Shown: positions 8,096-19,351, counted from the first letter of the stretch. The stretch is 32,000 nucleotides of DNA from Sinorhizobium meliloti (GCF_017876815.1 NZ_JAGIOS010000001.1:2130001-2162000); one strand, 5' to 3'. Notes: generated by a model not told the origin, from the sequence alone. Made by a program: numbers and translations.

Positions 8096-9517
8096 TCAAA
8101 TCGCCTCGTTCTTGTTGTTCATGCGCCCCGCGCCGGCAACGGCCCGCAGGGGAAAGCCGAAAGTGCGCCTGACGGCGAAATGCAGGATGGCTGCCTCCAC
8201 GAACATCGCGCCCGCAGTGGCGGCAGCTGCGCCCGTCAGGCCGAAGACCGGGATGAGTGTCACGTTCAAGGCGATGTTGGCTCCGAGCGCAGCCGCATAG
8301 AGCAGGACGCAGAGCTTTTGCCGCCCCGCCATCGTGAGCAGCGTTTCGGCCGGCCCGACAAATGCCTTGGCGAGAATTCCCGTCAGCAGGATCGCCATCA
8401 AGGGGGCGCCGGTGGTGAAGGCCGGGCCAAACAGCGAAAGCAGCATGTTGCCGGCTGCGAGCACGCAGCCGCCGATCACCAGGGACGGCCAGAAGGACCA
8501 GCGCGCGCTTTCGACAGCGATTTCCGCCAGCTGCCGGCGGTCGCCTGCGGCCATTGCCGCGGAGAAGCGCGGACCTGCCGCTGCCTTGACGGCGAACATG
8601 ACGAAATGGACGAGTGCCATGGTCTTGGCCGCCGCAAAATAAACCGCCACATCGTCGGGTTTCAGATAGAGGCCCACGATGACGACGTCGGAATTGGTGA
8701 GCAGGAACCCGAAACCGTCGACCAGAAAAATGGGAAGGGAGACGCTGAGCCACCGCCCGAGCTCGATCTTCATCGGTCCGCGCACGTAATGGCGGCCGAG
8801 CCGCCATGCCATCGTCACGAATTGTCCGAGCGTGGTGACATAGGCCGCCGCCAGCGCAGCGCCCATGGCTGTCGTCGCGTCGCGCGGAAGCCCGGCGGCG
8901 ATCGCGATGACCATGAAACCGAGGATCAGCAGCGGCCGCACGAGATAGGTCGGGCTCATCGCGACGATGGGCCAGCTATGCGCCCGCGCGGTGCCGTCCA
9001 GTACATCGCCGAGCGCGATCATCGGCAAGGTGAACAGGCCGAGATAGAGGGGAATCACATAGTAGCTTTCGATGGCGGAGCCGAAGAGCCAGAGGCCGGC
9101 TCCGCCGACGGCGGCGAGCACGGTCGCGGAAAGCATCGCAAAGACGCGCGCCGTCGTGGTCAGGCCGCGGATATTCGCAAGCGCGGCGGTCGTATGGTAT
9201 TCCGGCAGAAAGCGGATCACGGTCGCATGGAAGCCGAGGCAGGACAGGTTTCCGAAGAGGACGACCAGCACCCAGACGAAAATGAAGATGCCGTATTCGA
9301 ACTCGCCGACCAGGCGCGCAAGGACGATTTGCGAGACGAAGGCGATGGCTGCGCTGACGATGCGGATCAGAAAGGCGATGAGCGCCACGCGCTGTGCACG
9401 GTTCCTGGGATCGTCCCCCGCAAGAAGCGGCGCGAGGCCGTGCAGGAGACGAGGCAGGCGATATCTCAGCGCCGACGGCAGCATTCGTCCGGCCGATTGA
9501 CATACCGCCATGAACAC
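8096..9517 (-). CDS. MOP-superfamily polysaccharide/oligosaccharide flippase (Wzx/RfbX-like)
   Basis: About 470 aa with 12-14 predicted TM helices and a typical Wzx-like layout. The stop is 3 nt before the start of the downstream GNAT gene. The start is ambiguous: GTG 9517, ATG 9511 or ATG 9484. Confidence 0.65.
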   Translation of the reverse strand: MFMAVCQSAGRMLPSALRYRLPRLLHGLAPLLAGDDPRNRAQRVALIAFLIRIVSAAIAFVSQIVLARLVGEFEYGIFIFVWVLVVLFGNLSCLGFHATVIRFLPEYHTTAALANIRGLTTTARVFAMLSATVLAAVGGAGLWLFGSAIESYYVIPLYLGLFTLPMIALGDVLDGTARAHSWPIVAMSPTYLVRPLLILGFMVIAIAAGLPRDATTAMGAALAAAYVTTLGQFVTMAWRLGRHYVRGPMKIELGRWLSVSLPIFLVDGFGFLLTNSDVVIVGLYLKPDDVAVYFAAAKTMALVHFVMFAVKAAAGPRFSAAMAAGDRRQLAEIAVESARWSFWPSLVIGGCVLAAGNMLLSLFGPAFTTGAPLMAILLTGILAKAFVGPAETLLTMAGRQKLCVLLYAAALGANIALNVTLIPVFGLTGAAAATAGAMFVEAAILHFAVRRTFGFPLRAVAGAGRMNNKNEAI

Positions 9518-9604
9518 GAGGACACCCTGACATTACGCAATACTGGGCTTCACTTCTGTCAGATCAGCGTTAACAAAGGGTTCAGCACCCTCGCTTGAGA
9601 GCGG

Positions 9605-9630
9605 GGAAGCCGGGCTCTTGCCCGACTTCC
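9605..9630 (-). terminator. GC-rich hairpin after the MFS gene stop
   Basis: GGAAGCCGGGC-tctt-GCCCGACTTCC (11 bp, one mismatch or wobble), 8 nt past the stop at 9638. There is no U-tract. Confidence 0.35.
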
Positions 9631-9637
9631 TCTTCAA

Positions 9638-10837
9638 TCATGCCTGCACATGCCTTCTGGAATGCAACTGCCGGCGCGCGATCAGCACAACGCCGGCCAT
9701 AATCGAGGCATAGACGACAAGCGGCCACGCGCTGTCGCCGGGCAGTCCGATCACGAGCAGTGTCCCCGCCGTCCCGACGATGAGGCTTTGGACGCAGAAA
9801 TAGACTGCGACCGCCGAACCCGCCATGTCTCCAAAATCCTCGAGAGCGCCGTTTGCGGTCACCGATACGGTGAAGACGATGCCGACCGCCATCACCCACA
9901 TCGGCATGACGAAGGTCCAGGACGAAGGGACGCCGAACGTTTCCCCGGCAATCAGGAGCGCTGCCCCGAGAAGCAACATGCACATGCCCCGCAGGAGGCT
10001 GCCCGAAGTTCCCCATCGGGAGACGAACCGCTCGGCAAAGCGCGCCGTGATGATCATCACGATTGCTACAGTTGCAAAGGCGAGGCTGAACTGCAGCTCC
10101 GAATATCCTGCCTTGTCGATCAGCACGCGCGGCGAGGTGGAAAAGAACACGAAGAACGTGCCCATGGCGGCGCTGAAGCCGAGGGTATAGGTCCAGAAGG
10201 CGAGGCTGCGGAAAAGGGGGCCGAATGCGTGCCGCGACAGCGCTGCCGCCGAAGGGCGGGATTCATGCCAGCGAGGCAGTGCCTGCAGCAGCGCGATTAT
10301 GGCTAATGCACCCAGCGTAACGAAGATCGAGCGCCATCCGAACCTCTCCGCCAGCATGGCACCGGTTATCGGCCCCAGAGCGGGAACGAATGCCAGAATG
10401 GAACTGAACAGGCTGTAGATGACCACGCTTTCCGGGCGGTCGGCATATACATCCCGGATCGTTGCAAAGGTGGCCACCAGAGCCGCAGATGCGCCAACCG
10501 CCTGGAGGAAGCGGAAGGCGACGAAAGGGATGGCGCTGGAGGAAGCCGCGAGGCAGAACGATGCGGCGGCGAACAGCATCGCTCCGCCGATCAGGACTGG
10601 CCGTCGCCCGATGCGGTCGGAGACGGGCCCGAAGACGATCTGGCCGAGGCCGAGCATCACCATATAGAGGCTCAGCGTGAGCTGAACCACGGCGGGGCTG
10701 GTGCCGAGAATACCGGGCATCGCAGGAACGATCGGGAGATAAATATCCATGGCCAGAGAGGCGAGGATATCGAAGGGCGCCATCAGCAGCAGCGCTGCCG
10801 GCAGCGAATAGCGCCAGACATGGTTTTTTGTAGGCAT
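9638..10837 (-). CDS. MFS transporter, Bcr/CflA-type drug efflux family
   Basis: 12-TM protein with MFS motif A GPVSDRIGRRPVL. I chose the ATG at 10837 (MPTKNHVW...); the track ORF begins at TTG 10855. Confidence 0.75.
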   Translation of the reverse strand: MPTKNHVWRYSLPAALLLMAPFDILASLAMDIYLPIVPAMPGILGTSPAVVQLTLSLYMVMLGLGQIVFGPVSDRIGRRPVLIGGAMLFAAASFCLAASSSAIPFVAFRFLQAVGASAALVATFATIRDVYADRPESVVIYSLFSSILAFVPALGPITGAMLAERFGWRSIFVTLGALAIIALLQALPRWHESRPSAAALSRHAFGPLFRSLAFWTYTLGFSAAMGTFFVFFSTSPRVLIDKAGYSELQFSLAFATVAIVMIITARFAERFVSRWGTSGSLLRGMCMLLLGAALLIAGETFGVPSSWTFVMPMWVMAVGIVFTVSVTANGALEDFGDMAGSAVAVYFCVQSLIVGTAGTLLVIGLPGDSAWPLVVYASIMAGVVLIARRQLHSRRHVQA

Positions 10838-10910
10838 GGAAAGACATCCGCTCAAATGAGGAACATTCGGCGGCGGTCTGCCTGCGGCACGGGGGGTCGG
10901 CTCGACAGAC

Positions 10911-10942
10911 GCCGCAACAACAAGGAAAAGCGTTGTTGCGGC
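10911..10942. other. Perfect 11-bp stem-loop GCCGCAACAAC-(10 nt)-GTTGTTGCGGC
   Basis: Read directly from the sequence. It lies between the secA stop and the MFS start, adjacent to a second imperfect stem (about 10872..10912). Confidence 0.5.
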
Positions 10943-11005
10943 TTACTTGTCCGACGACTTTTGAGCTCCCATGCTACGGCTCCATGCACATCTTGAGGCG
11001 AAGTT

Positions 11006-11027
11006 GCCTGCCATGTCAGTGGCAGGC
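11006..11027 (-). terminator. Candidate secA terminator hairpin
   Basis: GCCTGCCA-tgtcag-TGGCAGGC (perfect 8 bp), about 45 nt downstream of the secA stop on the minus strand. There is no clear U-tract. Confidence 0.3.
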
Positions 11028-11071
11028 CGACAATCGTCCGCGCGCCCGACGGGACGCGCAGCGCCGTGCGG

Positions 11072-13783
<2,712 letters not shown>

Positions 13784-14028
13784 GCAAATGGTCCTTTCCT
13801 TATTTGTCGCCTGGGGTTTCAGGCGCGCGGTCGAAAAACCGCGTCACGCCGCGAAACGCCCGGAAACTGTTCTGGACGCGAGGTTGCGTGACAGATAAGA
13901 GGGGGGTCGGATTATGTCAACGCACTTGCACGGCCGGACGGCTACAGAACCGCCACATTCTGGTTGTTGTGCAGCCCCTCGGGGCCGGAGGCAATCGCGC
14001 TGGCGGCCAATGGTGAAAGGTTAGAAAC

Positions 14029-14883
14029 ATGTCTAGATACAAGACCCTTGCGGCCGCGGCACTGGTCGCGATGATCGCGGCGGGTGTCGCCCGCGCCGAA
14101 GGGACCGATCCGGTCATCGCGAAAGTCGGCGACCAGGAAATCCGCCAGTCGGAACTTGATCTCGCAATCACGAGCCTCGATCCGCAGCTCCAGCGGATGC
14201 CCGACGAACAGAAGCGCGCGGCAGCACTTTCGGCCGTCATCGACGTCAAGCTTCTTTTGAAGGACGCCGAGAAGGAAGGACTTCAGAACGACGAGGCGTT
14301 CAAGCAGCGCGTCGCCTTCCTGACCGAACGCGAATTGCACAACGCATTCTTCAAGAAGCACGTGGTCGATGCCGTAACTTCCGAGGAAGTGAAGGCGCGC
14401 TACGACAAGGAAGTCGCAGCGATTCCGCCGCAGGAAGAGGTCAAGGCCCGCCATATCCTCGTCAAGACCGAAGACGAGGCGAAGGACGTCATCAAGGAGC
14501 TCGATGCGGGCAAGAACTTCGCCGATCTTGCGAAGGCCAAGTCCACCGACCCGAACAAGGAAGAGGGCGGCGATCTCGGCTACTTCACCAAGGGCCGCAT
14601 GGTGCCTGAATTCGAGACGGCCGCCTTCGCGCTCGAAAAGGGCGCCTATACGAAGACGCCGGTCAAGACGCAGTTCGGCTTCCATGTGATCCTCATCGAG
14701 GACAAGCGTCCCCAGGCTCCGCCGACGCTCGAACAGGTCGAGCCGCAGGTTCGCCAGCTCGTCATGCGTGACAAGTACCTCGAGCTTCTGAATTCCGCGA
14801 AGGAGAGCACTGCGGTCGAAATCTCCGATCCGGCGCTCAAGAAGGCCTATGACGAGGCCGGCAAGCCGCAGGAAACCAAGTAA
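14029..14883 (+). CDS. Periplasmic parvulin-type peptidyl-prolyl isomerase (PpiC/SurA-like)
   Basis: Signal peptide MSRYKTLAAAALVAMIAAGVARA. Rotamase domain ARHILV...GGDLGYFTKGRMVPEFETAAF...FGFHVILIEDKR. Confidence 0.9.
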   Translation: MSRYKTLAAAALVAMIAAGVARAEGTDPVIAKVGDQEIRQSELDLAITSLDPQLQRMPDEQKRAAALSAVIDVKLLLKDAEKEGLQNDEAFKQRVAFLTERELHNAFFKKHVVDAVTSEEVKARYDKEVAAIPPQEEVKARHILVKTEDEAKDVIKELDAGKNFADLAKAKSTDPNKEEGGDLGYFTKGRMVPEFETAAFALEKGAYTKTPVKTQFGFHVILIEDKRPQAPPTLEQVEPQVRQLVMRDKYLELLNSAKESTAVEISDPALKKAYDEAGKPQETK

Positions 14884-14971
14884 TTACGGCCGGGCGGCCC
14901 CTTGGGGAGGCGCGCCCCGAGCGGAGGCTGAGGTCGCTCGCATTTGCTCCGCTCTGCCTTCAAAGATCCGG

Positions 14972-15001
14972 ATGCCCGACGGCTGAATGCCGTTCGGGCA
15001 T
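14972..15001 (+). terminator. Hairpin downstream of the PPIase gene
   Basis: ATGCCCGACGGC-tgaat-GCCGTTCGGGCAT (12 bp with one bulge), followed only by TT. It could be a terminator or a REP-like element. Confidence 0.4.
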
Positions 15002-15043
15002 TTCGCACAACATCCGAGGCTTCTGAAAAGCAGGTTCAATCCC

Positions 15044-16285
15044 ATGTCCGGTTCCGTCTCTCCGCTTGCTCCGAAAACCTTTGCCGAAATGCCGGCCCTT
15101 CGCGGCGTACGCATGGCGACCGCTGCCGCAGGGATCAAGTATAAGAACCGGACCGACGTGCTGATGATGCTCTTCGACCGGCCGGCATCCGTGGCCGGCG
15201 TGTTCACGCGGTCGAAGTGCCCCTCCGCTCCGGTCGATCATTGCCGGCAGAACCTGCCGGGCGGCATTGCGCGCGCCGTCGTCGTCAACTCGGGCAATGC
15301 CAACGCGTTCACCGGCAAGAAGGGCAGGGAGGCGACCAGGCTCACGGCCGAGGCCGCGGCAAAGGCCGTCGGCTGCAGCGAGGCGGAGGTCTTCCTGGCG
15401 TCGACGGGCGTCATCGGCGAGCCGCTCGACGCCACCAAGTTCGCCGGTGTTCTCGACAAGCTTGCCGCGTCCGCCACCCAGGACTTCTGGTTCGAAGCGG
15501 CCAAAGCGATCATGACGACCGATACCTATCCGAAGGTTGCCACCCGCAGCGCCGAGATCGGCGGTGTCAAGGTCGCGATCAACGGGATCGCCAAGGGCGC
15601 CGGGATGATCGCGCCCGACATGGCGACCATGCTCTCCTTCGTCGTCACCGATGCGGACATTGCCCCGGCGGCGCTTCAGGCACTGCTTCAGGCAGGCGTC
15701 GAACCCACCTTCAATTCGGTGACGGTCGACAGCGACACGTCCACCTCCGACACGCTGATGCTGTTTGCGACCGGTGCGGCGGCAGGCGATGGCCAGGCGA
15801 AGGTCGAGGACGCGGCCGACCCGCGTCTCGATGGGTTCCGCGCCGCGCTCGACGATCTGCTGCGTGATCTGGCGTTGCAGGTCGTGCGCGACGGCGAGGG
15901 CGCGCGCAAGATGGTCGAGGTGACGGTCGAGGGCGCGGAAAACGATGCCGCCGCCAAACGTATCGCACTTTCGATAGCCAATTCGCCGCTCGTCAAAACG
16001 GCGGTTGCGGGCGAGGACGCCAATTGGGGGCGCGTCGTCATGGCCGTCGGCAAGTCGGGAGAGATGGCCGAGCGCGACCGGCTGGCGATCTGGTTCGGCG
16101 ATATCCGCGTCGCAGTCGAGGGCGAGCGCGATCCGGCCTATTCGGAAGCGGCCGCGACTGCGGTCATGCAGGGCGAGACCATTCCGATCCGCGTCGATAT
16201 CGGTCTGGGTTCGGGCCGCGCCACGGTCTATACCTGCGACCTGACCAAGGAATATGTCGAAATCAACGGCGACTACAGAAGCTGA
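15044..16285 (+). CDS. argJ: Bifunctional glutamate N-acetyltransferase / amino-acid acetyltransferase ArgJ
   Basis: 413 aa with the autoprocessing site [12 protein letters not shown] at 15044 ([17 protein letters not shown]...). Confidence 0.95.
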   Translation: MSGSVSPLAPKTFAEMPALRGVRMATAAAGIKYKNRTDVLMMLFDRPASVAGVFTRSKCPSAPVDHCRQNLPGGIARAVVVNSGNANAFTGKKGREATRLTAEAAAKAVGCSEAEVFLASTGVIGEPLDATKFAGVLDKLAASATQDFWFEAAKAIMTTDTYPKVATRSAEIGGVKVAINGIAKGAGMIAPDMATMLSFVVTDADIAPAALQALLQAGVEPTFNSVTVDSDTSTSDTLMLFATGAAAGDGQAKVEDAADPRLDGFRAALDDLLRDLALQVVRDGEGARKMVEVTVEGAENDAAAKRIALSIANSPLVKTAVAGEDANWGRVVMAVGKSGEMAERDRLAIWFGDIRVAVEGERDPAYSEAAATAVMQGETIPIRVDIGLGSGRATVYTCDLTKEYVEINGDYRS

Positions 16286-16361
16286 TACGGTCGAGGAGTT
16301 GAGAGAGCGGGTTGCGGCCGGAAAGCCGCGCGCTCTTTCCGGCCCCGCAGCATTCAAGGCT

Positions 16362-17180
16362 ATGGACATGACATCGAACGGCAGAGAGCCGCCCGGCGAC
16401 GGGGCGGGGAACGGGGAAACGGTCGCGGTCGACCTACCGAGCGTGCGGCGGCTGGAAGCAGTGGGTTTTCGCGCCTGGCCGGCCTCGTCGGTGCAATATG
16501 ACGGCAGCTGGCTTATCCGTCTGACGGCGGGGCACCCTTCCAAGCGCCTGAATTCCGTCAACCCGCTCGATCCGTCCGACTATCGCGACATAGCCATCCG
16601 GTTGGAGAAGGCGCGCAGGCTTTTTGCCGAATCGGGCCGCTCGCTCACGGTTCGCCAGACGCCGCTGACGCCGCCGAAGATGATCGACCATATGGATGGC
16701 GAGGGCTGGACGTCGTTCGCGCACAGTCTGGTTCTGGCGCTCGACCTGGCGGAGCGCGATTTCAGCGAAGGCATCGACCATCTGCCGATCAAGGATGTCG
16801 GCCGTTTCGTGGATGCCCGCATCCTGATCGGCAGGGATCCTCCGGAAGCCAAGCAGGCGCTGACCGGGATCATCAACGCCATCAAGCCCGAATGCGGCCT
16901 GTTCCTGTTCGAGGACCGAAAGATCGGGCCGACGGCGGTGTCGCTCGTCGTGCACGACAATGATCTTGCCGGCATCATGCAGTTCGCGGTTGCCGAAGCG
17001 GTTCGCCGGCGAGGGGTCGGCAGTGCGCTCCTCGACGCCTCGCTCCGTTGGGCACGTCTCAAGGGCGCAAAGAAGGCCTGGTTGCAGGTGGAGGCCGACA
17101 ACGGGGCTGCGATCGAGCTTTATCGCAAGGCCGGTTTCACCGAGGTCTACCGCTATCTCTATCGAACGCCGAAGGTCTGA
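16362..17180 (+). CDS. GNAT-family N-acetyltransferase
   Basis: C-terminal GNAT core IMQFAVAEAVRRRGVGSALLDASLRWARLKGAKKAWLQVEADNGAAIELYRKAGF. The start is uncertain: ATG 16362 (chosen) or ATG 16254, which would overlap argJ by 32 nt. Confidence 0.75.
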   Translation: MDMTSNGREPPGDGAGNGETVAVDLPSVRRLEAVGFRAWPASSVQYDGSWLIRLTAGHPSKRLNSVNPLDPSDYRDIAIRLEKARRLFAESGRSLTVRQTPLTPPKMIDHMDGEGWTSFAHSLVLALDLAERDFSEGIDHLPIKDVGRFVDARILIGRDPPEAKQALTGIINAIKPECGLFLFEDRKIGPTAVSLVVHDNDLAGIMQFAVAEAVRRRGVGSALLDASLRWARLKGAKKAWLQVEADNGAAIELYRKAGFTEVYRYLYRTPKV

Positions 17181-17185
17181 CGGAC

Positions 17186-17593
17186 ATGCAGGGTAAGAAG
17201 ATCGTGCTCGTTGCCGCCTGCGCGCTCGTCGATGCCGATGGACGCGTTCTGCTGGCGCAACGCCCGGAAGGCAAGCCTCTCGCGGGCCTGTGGGAGTTCC
17301 CGGGCGGCAAGGTCGAGAGTGGCGAGACCCCGGAGGAGACGTTGATCCGCGAGCTCGAAGAGGAGCTCGGCATCCGCACCAAAGTCGCCTGCCTCGCGCC
17401 GCTGACATTCGCGAGCCACGGCTACGACGACTTTCACCTCCTGATGCCGCTTTACATCTGCCGTCGCTACGAGGGGTTTGCCGAAGGCCGCGAAGGCCAG
17501 GCGATCAAGTGGGTGCGCCCGAAGGCGTTGCGCGACTACGCCATGCCGCCCGCCGACGAGCCGCTGATCCCGTTCCTGATGGATTTGCTTTAG
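17186..17593 (+). CDS. mutT: Nudix hydrolase, 8-oxo-dGTP diphosphatase MutT-like
   Basis: Nudix box GGKVESGETPEETLIRELEEELGI. ATG at 17186, 5 nt after the GNAT stop. The track ORF 17048.. is an off-gene N-terminal extension. Confidence 0.9.
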   Translation: MQGKKIVLVAACALVDADGRVLLAQRPEGKPLAGLWEFPGGKVESGETPEETLIRELEEELGIRTKVACLAPLTFASHGYDDFHLLMPLYICRRYEGFAEGREGQAIKWVRPKALRDYAMPPADEPLIPFLMDLL

Positions 17594-17873
17594 GAGCACT
17601 TCCAGGAAAAGCGTATAACGTTTTTCCGTGCGGAAGGGCTGTTTCAATGAATCAGTGAAACGCCCTGACAGAGCCGTGAAGAACTTCGCCCTCGGCGCGC
17701 AATCCCGCTAAATTCGATAATTCGTTAATCGAACGTTTATCACCCTCGGGCAAGATGGGGTCAGTTCCGGCGCGCGTCACCTCGACGGCGCCGTTTTCGG
17801 GCAGTTGTGGTCAGGACGAGGCTTTGGGAAGGGTGCTTCGCCCGCCGCTCTTTACGTGTTTCATGAGGCTGGG

Positions 17874-18194
17874 ATGGTGGACGAGGATTTCTGGAGGACG
17901 GTTCAGGACAAGGATCTGGTGACGAGCCAGTCCCGCCGGACAGGCGTGCTCAATCTGTCGCTGCTGTTCGGCACGGCGGTCATTGCGCTGACGCTCATCC
18001 TTACGCCGATGCTGTCGTCCAAGAGCGACAAGCGAATGCTTGCGAACACGCCGATCGACTATGACAACATCTCGACGGGCTCCATACCCTCGGGCGGTAC
18101 GGCCAAGCGCTACACCGTTCGGCGCAGCGTGCTTCAGGAGATGCCGGGTGCCGTCTGCATCATCGATGCCGATGGCAGCAGGAGTGGATGCTGA
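17874..18194 (+). CDS. Hypothetical single-pass membrane protein
   Basis: 106 aa, ATG at 17874 with GAGG 5 nt upstream. One TM helix (VLNLSLLFGTAVIALTLILTPML) and a C-terminal domain of about 60 aa. I recognise no family. Confidence 0.5.
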   Translation: MVDEDFWRTVQDKDLVTSQSRRTGVLNLSLLFGTAVIALTLILTPMLSSKSDKRMLANTPIDYDNISTGSIPSGGTAKRYTVRRSVLQEMPGAVCIIDADGSRSGC

Positions 18195-18271
18195 GCGCAG
18201 CGGAGCGCCGAAAGGCGACGCTGAGCTTCAATCTTTTGAAACTACGCACGTCCTGAGCGGCTGGAGGACCA

Positions 18272-18445
18272 ATGGAGACGCTGAGACGCCTGCTTCGAGA
18301 CCACGACGGCGCTACGGCGGTGGAATACGGACTCCTGGCCGCGCTGATCTCGGTCGGCCTTCTGATCGGCCTGCAGAATTTCTCCGGCGCACTGCTCGGC
18401 ATGCTGACCTTCGTCACCAACACGATCGAGGCAGCCTGGATCTAA
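18272..18445 (+). CDS. flp: Flp/Fap-family type IVb (Tad) pilin precursor, 57 aa (not in the ORF track)
   Basis: My own translation: METLRRLLRDHDGATAVEYGLLAALISVGLLIGLQNFSGALLGMLTFVTNTIEAAWI*. It carries the canonical Flp motif G/ATAVEYGLLAALI (prepilin peptidase site after Gly). GGAGGA at 18263-18268 sits just upstream of the ATG. Confidence 0.85.
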   Translation: METLRRLLRDHDGATAVEYGLLAALISVGLLIGLQNFSGALLGMLTFVTNTIEAAWI

Positions 18446-18454
18446 GAGCCTGGA

Positions 18455-19351
18455 TCACGGCTCGCCTTCATCCTTGAGCTTGTGCTCGCTCGCGCCAAGC
18501 GCGTCGGACAGTCTCTGCTTTGCCGAGCCGGGTTTGAGCGGCTTCTGCTGACTCTCGTGCGGCGCCCAGCCCGAAAGATAAATGATCGAGAAGGTCGCGC
18601 GGATGCGCCCGTCCGGATCGGAGAAGCGCTGCGCGTAGATTTCTGCGGCTCTGAGAAAGAAGCGCCGCGGCATCGGCTTGCGATTGCGCGAAGCGAGCGG
18701 GTTCGTCATGCCCATTGCCCGCAAGTCGCGGATGAGGCCGAAAAGCGAATCGTAGCGGACGGTGTAGGTCTCGGTATCCGCCACCGGCAGGGCAAAGCCC
18801 GCCCGCTGCAGAAGGGCTCCCATGTCGCGCACGTCGGCGAAGGGGATCACCCGGGGGCTCGCCCCGCCCGTCAGTTCCGCCTCGGCTGCGAGAAGCGCCT
18901 CGCGCAGCTCCTGCAGCGTGCCGCTGCCGGGTATTGCGGCAAGGAACAATCCGTCGGGCTTCAGCACGCGGCGCGCCTGGATGAAGACGCCGGGCGTATC
19001 GTTGGTGAGATGGAGCGACAGGGGCGACACAAGGAGATTGAGCGACGCCGGTTCGGCCGGGATGCGCTCCAGAGGCGCCTCCGTCACCGGCTCGCGGGCC
19101 GAACCGAAGGCGCTGTCGGTTTCCACCCGCTCGATCGCGCCGACGTTGCCGGTCGTGGCAAGGCTGCGCGCGGCGGCACCCGTATAGCCGTGCAGCTCCA
19201 TGGCCGTTTCGAACTGCCGTTCGACGACGCTCACGCGCTCGGCAAGTTCCTGTGCGACGATGTCGAGCAGGAAGCCTGCCTTCTCGTCGCCCTGGCGCAG
19301 CGCGCGCCGGCGATGCGCCTCGACGAGGCTCTGGTCAAAGATGATTTCCAC
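18455..19351 (-). CDS. Class I SAM-dependent methyltransferase (NDUFAF5/BioC-like)
   Basis: N-terminal IFDQSLVEAHRRRA and the central block LNLLVSPLSLHLTNDTPGVFIQARRVLKPDGLFLAAIPGSGTLQELREAL are typical of this family. GTG start at 19351 with GGAGAG 6 nt upstream. Confidence 0.7.
   Translation of the reverse strand: MEIIFDQSLVEAHRRRALRQGDEKAGFLLDIVAQELAERVSVVERQFETAMELHGYTGAAARSLATTGNVGAIERVETDSAFGSAREPVTEAPLERIPAEPASLNLLVSPLSLHLTNDTPGVFIQARRVLKPDGLFLAAIPGSGTLQELREALLAAEAELTGGASPRVIPFADVRDMGALLQRAGFALPVADTETYTVRYDSLFGLIRDLRAMGMTNPLASRNRKPMPRRFFLRAAEIYAQRFSDPDGRIRATFSIIYLSGWAPHESQQKPLKPGSAKQRLSDALGASEHKLKDEGEP

Noticed and set aside
6890-9598. Very long ORFs on the strand opposite to real genes: 6890..9598 (902 aa), 19471..21459 (662 aa), 14960..16561 (533 aa), 11066..12433, 12479..13891, 24016..25365, 25226..26629 and 30856..31956.
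   Set aside because: Their translations are Arg/Ala/Gly/Pro-rich low-complexity strings with no motifs. Each lies antisense to a gene with unambiguous conserved motifs. Stop-codon depletion on the antisense strand is expected at this GC content.
18191-18287. CTGAG(C) recurs four times at roughly 30-nt spacing (18191, 18221, 18253, 18281) around the flp start.
   Set aside because: The motif is a short 5-6-mer in GC-rich DNA, the spacing is irregular (30/32/28), and two copies lie inside coding sequence. It is most likely chance.
18434-18456. A 9-nt direct repeat GCCTGGATC x2 straddles the flp stop and the methyltransferase stop.
   Set aside because: It is short and lies within or adjacent to two coding 3' ends. 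It has no accompanying inverted repeats or mobile-element genes, so I treat it as coincidence.
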